Assembly (NCBI GenBank): GCA_963662405.2
Contig: CAXXKT010000001.1
Span: 2,336,001 to 2,400,000, forward strand
DNA: 64,000 bases
Direction of reading: 5' to 3'
Origin: Syntrophales bacterium
Lineage (GTDB): Bacteria > Desulfobacterota > Syntrophia > Syntrophales > UBA2210
A program made the translations under genes and the position numbers. Positions 60,430-64,000 of the stretch are shown piece after piece. Numbering within the stretch: the first letter of the stretch is position 1; each line of letters starts with the position of its first letter. Below the pieces are notes generated by a model. The model was not told where the DNA came from. It saw only the letters and a program-made list of their open reading frames with translations, and did not search any database.

Positions 60430-60445
60430 TGGCAATATGATTGCA
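60430..60445 (+). promoter_or_regulatory. sigma54 promoter (TRAP operon)
   Basis: TGGCAATATGATTGCA. Confidence 0.78.
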
Positions 60446-60690
60446 TAAACGTCTAGCCCATGCATGTTGCATAAAGACTCATGCGAAGTTATTATGTCCG
60501 TCCTTATAAATATAAGGCAGGGAATAGGCACATTCGCCAGAGGGATGTGTCGTGTATGTTGGGGGAAACGGGAAAATCTGCAGCAAAATTCGTAAAGTAT
60601 TAGTAAAAAATGGCTGTGTGGTTCACACCCCTGTTTCTCGTTGTTACAACTTCTACACAGCGGATTGTATGATTCATTGAAGGAGGGGCA

Positions 60691-61221
60691 ATGGGTAACT
60701 CTTCGAAAGGTGTGTTTGGCTTTGCTGCTGATTGTATAGATAGAATCAGCAATGTGTCGGGACTGGCAGCGGCCTGTTTTAATATCGCCCTGTGTATTCT
60801 TGTCTTTATCGGCGTCTTTTCCCGCTACCTCTTCAACCATCCCATCGAGTGGCGCGATGAGGTCTGTCAGTATATCTTTATCTGGGCCAATCTTCTGGCG
60901 CTCTGTTACGCCACGTATCACGAATCTCATGTCTCCTCTGATATGCTCTATGAACGGATGCCGCCCCGTGCGCAGTATATCCTGACGATGATCGGCTATT
61001 GTCTGGTCCTGATCTGTATCGTTTTTGTCACCTACTATGGTTTTCGAACGCTGTGGACCTACTACAACGGCGAATGGAGGTCGGAAACGATCTATGAAAT
61101 GCTTCTTTGGCCGGTCATGGCGATAGTCCCTGTCGGGTTTCTACTCTTCGGCCTGCAATGTCTTGCCACCATGCGCAGGCTGGTTATCCGGATGAAGACG
61201 ACAGGTTCCATAAGGAAGTAG
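60691..61221 (+). CDS. dctQ: TRAP small permease
   Basis: VFSRYLFNHPIEWRDE; four TMs. Confidence 0.9.
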   Translation: MGNSSKGVFGFAADCIDRISNVSGLAAACFNIALCILVFIGVFSRYLFNHPIEWRDEVCQYIFIWANLLALCYATYHESHVSSDMLYERMPPRAQYILTMIGYCLVLICIVFVTYYGFRTLWTYYNGEWRSETIYEMLLWPVMAIVPVGFLLFGLQCLATMRRLVIRMKTTGSIRK

Positions 61222-61270
61222 TATCCAATTATAATTCAATTGATAATTCAATAGTTGGGGGGTAGTTATC

Positions 61271-62590
61271 ATGCTTTTTGAATGGTACACGTTTGGCGCA
61301 ATCATGTTCAGCGGTCTTCTGCTTCTGCTTCTCCTGGGGGTTCCCGTCGGATTTTCTCTCCTCATCACATCAATGGCAAGTTCGCTGATGCTGGGACAGG
61401 GGTTGATGTTCTGGGTTGATATTCCGGGGTATTTTTTCCATCACTTAAACAGCTTTACCATGACCTGTGTGCCGATCTTTATTCTCATGGCGCTTTTTGC
61501 ACAGCATGCCCGGTTCGGCGAAGATCTTTTTCGGAGCATCGGTATCTGGCTTCGAAAGATTCCGGGCAGTCTCAATATCGTTGCTATAGCGACCTGTGCC
61601 ATATTCTCGGCCATCAGCGGGACCAGCGTGGCAACGGCCGCCGCCGTGGGGCTGGTTGCCCTTCCGATATTTCAGAAATTCGGCTACGACAAGAGGCTTT
61701 CCGTCGGCACGCTGGCCGGCGGCGGTGCCTTGGGCATCCTCATCCCGCCCAGTGTTCCCATGATCATGTACGCCATTATCACCAATCAGTCCATTGGACA
61801 CATGTTCGCCGGCGGTATCCTCCCCGGTCTCATGACGGCAGGTCTCTTCATGTCGTATATCGTTGTTCGCTGCAAGCTGAATCCCAAACTGGCACCGGTG
61901 ATCCCCCGGTCGGCTATCGGAGACATATCAATATTTCGATCGGTCCTCAACGTGGGACCGCTGATAGGCGTGATTTTTCTGGTTTTACTGGTGATCTATC
62001 TCGGCATTGCCACGCCGACGGAAGCGGCCGCGATCGGCACCGTCGGCATGGCCGTCCTTGCGTTTTTGTACAAGAGGATGAACCTCAAAGGAATCTTTAT
62101 AGCCAGTGCCGAAGGGATGCGGATCGGCGCATTTATCGTCCTCATTTTCCTGGCGGCCCTTGCCTTCGGCCACGTTGCCGTACGCGGCGGTGTTGCTGCC
62201 GGGATCAGCAACTATGTGATCAGTCTCGGCCTTTCCAAACATGCCGTGCTGTTCATGATCCTGGGAGTTTTGCTTTTCCTCGGCTGTTTCATGGACCCCA
62301 TCCCGATTATCCTGACCACCATGCCGATTCTGTTTCCCCTGGCAACATCCGTTGGCTGGGACCCGGTTTACTTTGGCGTGGTCTGTACCATGTTGCTGGA
62401 GACGGCGGCCATTACACCGCCGGTGGGGATCAACCTCTTTATTCTTAACGGCATCGGTAAGGGGAGTATTTCCATGACCGATGTCATTATGGGGGCCTTG
62501 CCGTATAATTTGTTGTACTTCTTCGCTATTCTGATTGTTGTCATTTTCCCCGACATTGTGATGCTGTTGCCGAACATGATGAGGGGGTAA
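61271..62590 (+). CDS. dctM: TRAP large permease
   Basis: AISGTSVATAA, LIPPS, TPTEAA, ITPPVGINLF. Confidence 0.95.
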   Translation: MLFEWYTFGAIMFSGLLLLLLLGVPVGFSLLITSMASSLMLGQGLMFWVDIPGYFFHHLNSFTMTCVPIFILMALFAQHARFGEDLFRSIGIWLRKIPGSLNIVAIATCAIFSAISGTSVATAAAVGLVALPIFQKFGYDKRLSVGTLAGGGALGILIPPSVPMIMYAIITNQSIGHMFAGGILPGLMTAGLFMSYIVVRCKLNPKLAPVIPRSAIGDISIFRSVLNVGPLIGVIFLVLLVIYLGIATPTEAAAIGTVGMAVLAFLYKRMNLKGIFIASAEGMRIGAFIVLIFLAALAFGHVAVRGGVAAGISNYVISLGLSKHAVLFMILGVLLFLGCFMDPIPIILTTMPILFPLATSVGWDPVYFGVVCTMLLETAAITPPVGINLFILNGIGKGSISMTDVIMGALPYNLLYFFAILIVVIFPDIVMLLPNMMRG

Positions 62591-62674
62591 TGGGATTACC
62601 GGGTCTTTGCGGCATCGCACAAACGGAGCACGAATGTTTTACAGGCTGTACAATCAATACAGAGGAGGAGAACA

Positions 62675-63727
62675 ATGAAAAAAGCACTATTGTTGGCCAT
62701 GTTGTTATTCGTTACCCTTTCCTGGAACATCGGTATAGCTCCCCAGGCCTTTGCCCAGGAGAAGATCAAGCTCAGCTATGCGGATTACGCGGCGCCGGGC
62801 TACGATCAGCTCAGTTACATCAAGCACTTTATCAAGAGAATCGGCGAGGAGACCAACGGCCGGGTGGAAATTACACTCTATCCTGCCGAACAGCTGGTCA
62901 AGGCCATGCAGCAGTACGAGGCGATGATACAGGGCACCATCGACATGTGCAACATTACCCCCGCATACTTCAGCGGAAAAGTTCCGTTGCTCTTGCTGAC
63001 CATTGAATCCAGTTACTGGCGACCGGCCGATTCCGTGATCATTGCCTCCCGGATCAGCAAGGAAATCGCCAAGATTTTTGCAAAGGACGGGGTAAAGTAC
63101 ATGGGATGGTCCACCGAGCAGCCCCCGGCCGTCACTATCGGCACCAAACCGTTCAAGATGTTCGACGATTACAAGGGGATGAAGATCCGTGCGCCGGGAA
63201 AGAGCGCGAAGGTAATCAATAACTGGGGCGGCACCGGCGTATCCATTCCGGCTCCCGATCTTTACATGGCCCTGCAGAACAAGGTGGTGGACGGTGCATT
63301 CCTCTCCATCGGTACGGTGGAGGGGGCACGGCTGTGGGAAGTCGCCCCGGCGGTGACGACGACCATTACCGGTGGTACACCCCAGATGGCCTGTATGAAC
63401 ATGAAGAAGTGGGAGAGCCTCCCGGACGATATCAAAAAGGCCTTTGAGAAGGTCAACAGAGAGATGGTCCCCTGGGCCTATGAACACGCCACCGCATACA
63501 GCAAATCTTTGGATGAAACGCTGAAAAAGAACTTCAAGATCTATCATCTGCGGACACCGGAAGAACATGAAAAGTTTGTGAAAGCGGGTAGAGACGTCTA
63601 CTCCAGACCGCTCATCAAAAAATTTGGTGAACCGGCCCAGGCGATATGGGACAAAGTACTGGCTGCGGCACAGGAATGCGCAGACGCGCGCAAAGAGGGT
63701 AAAACACCACCTTTCTTTACAGAGTAA
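62675..63727 (+). CDS. dctP: TRAP substrate-binding protein
   Basis: Signal peptide; TNGRVEI, KGMKIR, LQNKVVDG. Confidence 0.92.
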   Translation: MKKALLLAMLLFVTLSWNIGIAPQAFAQEKIKLSYADYAAPGYDQLSYIKHFIKRIGEETNGRVEITLYPAEQLVKAMQQYEAMIQGTIDMCNITPAYFSGKVPLLLLTIESSYWRPADSVIIASRISKEIAKIFAKDGVKYMGWSTEQPPAVTIGTKPFKMFDDYKGMKIRAPGKSAKVINNWGGTGVSIPAPDLYMALQNKVVDGAFLSIGTVEGARLWEVAPAVTTTITGGTPQMACMNMKKWESLPDDIKKAFEKVNREMVPWAYEHATAYSKSLDETLKKNFKIYHLRTPEEHEKFVKAGRDVYSRPLIKKFGEPAQAIWDKVLAAAQECADARKEGKTPPFFTE

Positions 63728-63844
63728 TTTTTATACTTGATTATCCGTGACAGGGGGGATGTGTATTGTTCAACATCCCCCCTGGAACACCATGACAATC
63801 AAAACCAGAATAATATTATTGCAAAGGTTAAAGAAATAATCATT

Positions 63845-64000
63845 ATGAAACCATTGGAAAACATTACTGTTATCGATCTCACGCGAATTTTAACGGGGCC
63901 TTTCTGCACTATGATGCTGGCCGATTTTGGCGCGAAAGTTATCAAGTTTGAAATTCCCGGTGCGGGAGATGAATCGCGTCTCTTGGGGCCGCACATCAAT
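63845..64000 (+). CDS. Class III CoA-transferase (CaiB/BaiF), truncated by the window end
   Basis: [36 protein letters not shown]. Confidence 0.9.
   Translation, partial: MKPLENITVIDLTRILTGPFCTMMLADFGAKVIKFEIPGAGDESRLLGPHIN

Noticed and set aside
44517..63568. Antisense ORFs over host genes (44517-45404, 53754-54593, 54650-55600, 56860-57678, 62705-63568)
   Set aside because: They overlap well-supported genes on the opposite strand and have no family motifs.

Overview
This window looks like the genome of a deltaproteobacterium/Desulfobacterota-like anaerobe (inferred from gene content). It has four parts. (1) 1-10.6 kb is an AT-rich accessory block: a ParB/HEPN-like protein plus a Dam-family methylase (PD-lambda-5-like defence pair), a 6-TM membrane protein fused to a HAD 5'-nucleotidase, an integrase remnant, an integron attC site split by an IS3, mazEF, an HD-GYP protein and a CBS-histidine kinase. 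(2) 10.6-42.5 kb is an apparently intact siphovirus-type prophage with integrase, cI/cro, P4-type primase-helicase and ori, a lambda-like cos, GpA terminase, portal, protease-capsid fusion, tail and lysis genes. It ends at a duplicated 3' half of tRNA-Met (attR); attL is not in the window. A glycosyltransferase cassette sits inside its virion operon. (3) 42.5-53.3 kb is host DNA with an MFS transporter, nested IS3/IS5 elements and a znuACB-like operon led by an RHH/Zn-finger regulator. (4) 53.4-64 kb is a sigma54/PrpR-type catabolic cluster: Tat-signal DHDPS-family aldolase, internally deleted carboxylesterase, carboxyltransferase, TRAP transporter and class III CoA-transferase. The best candidates for undescribed biology are the membrane-nucleotidase fusion beside an m6A methylase and the virion-operon glycosyltransferases. 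All family assignments are by motif recognition; no searches were run.
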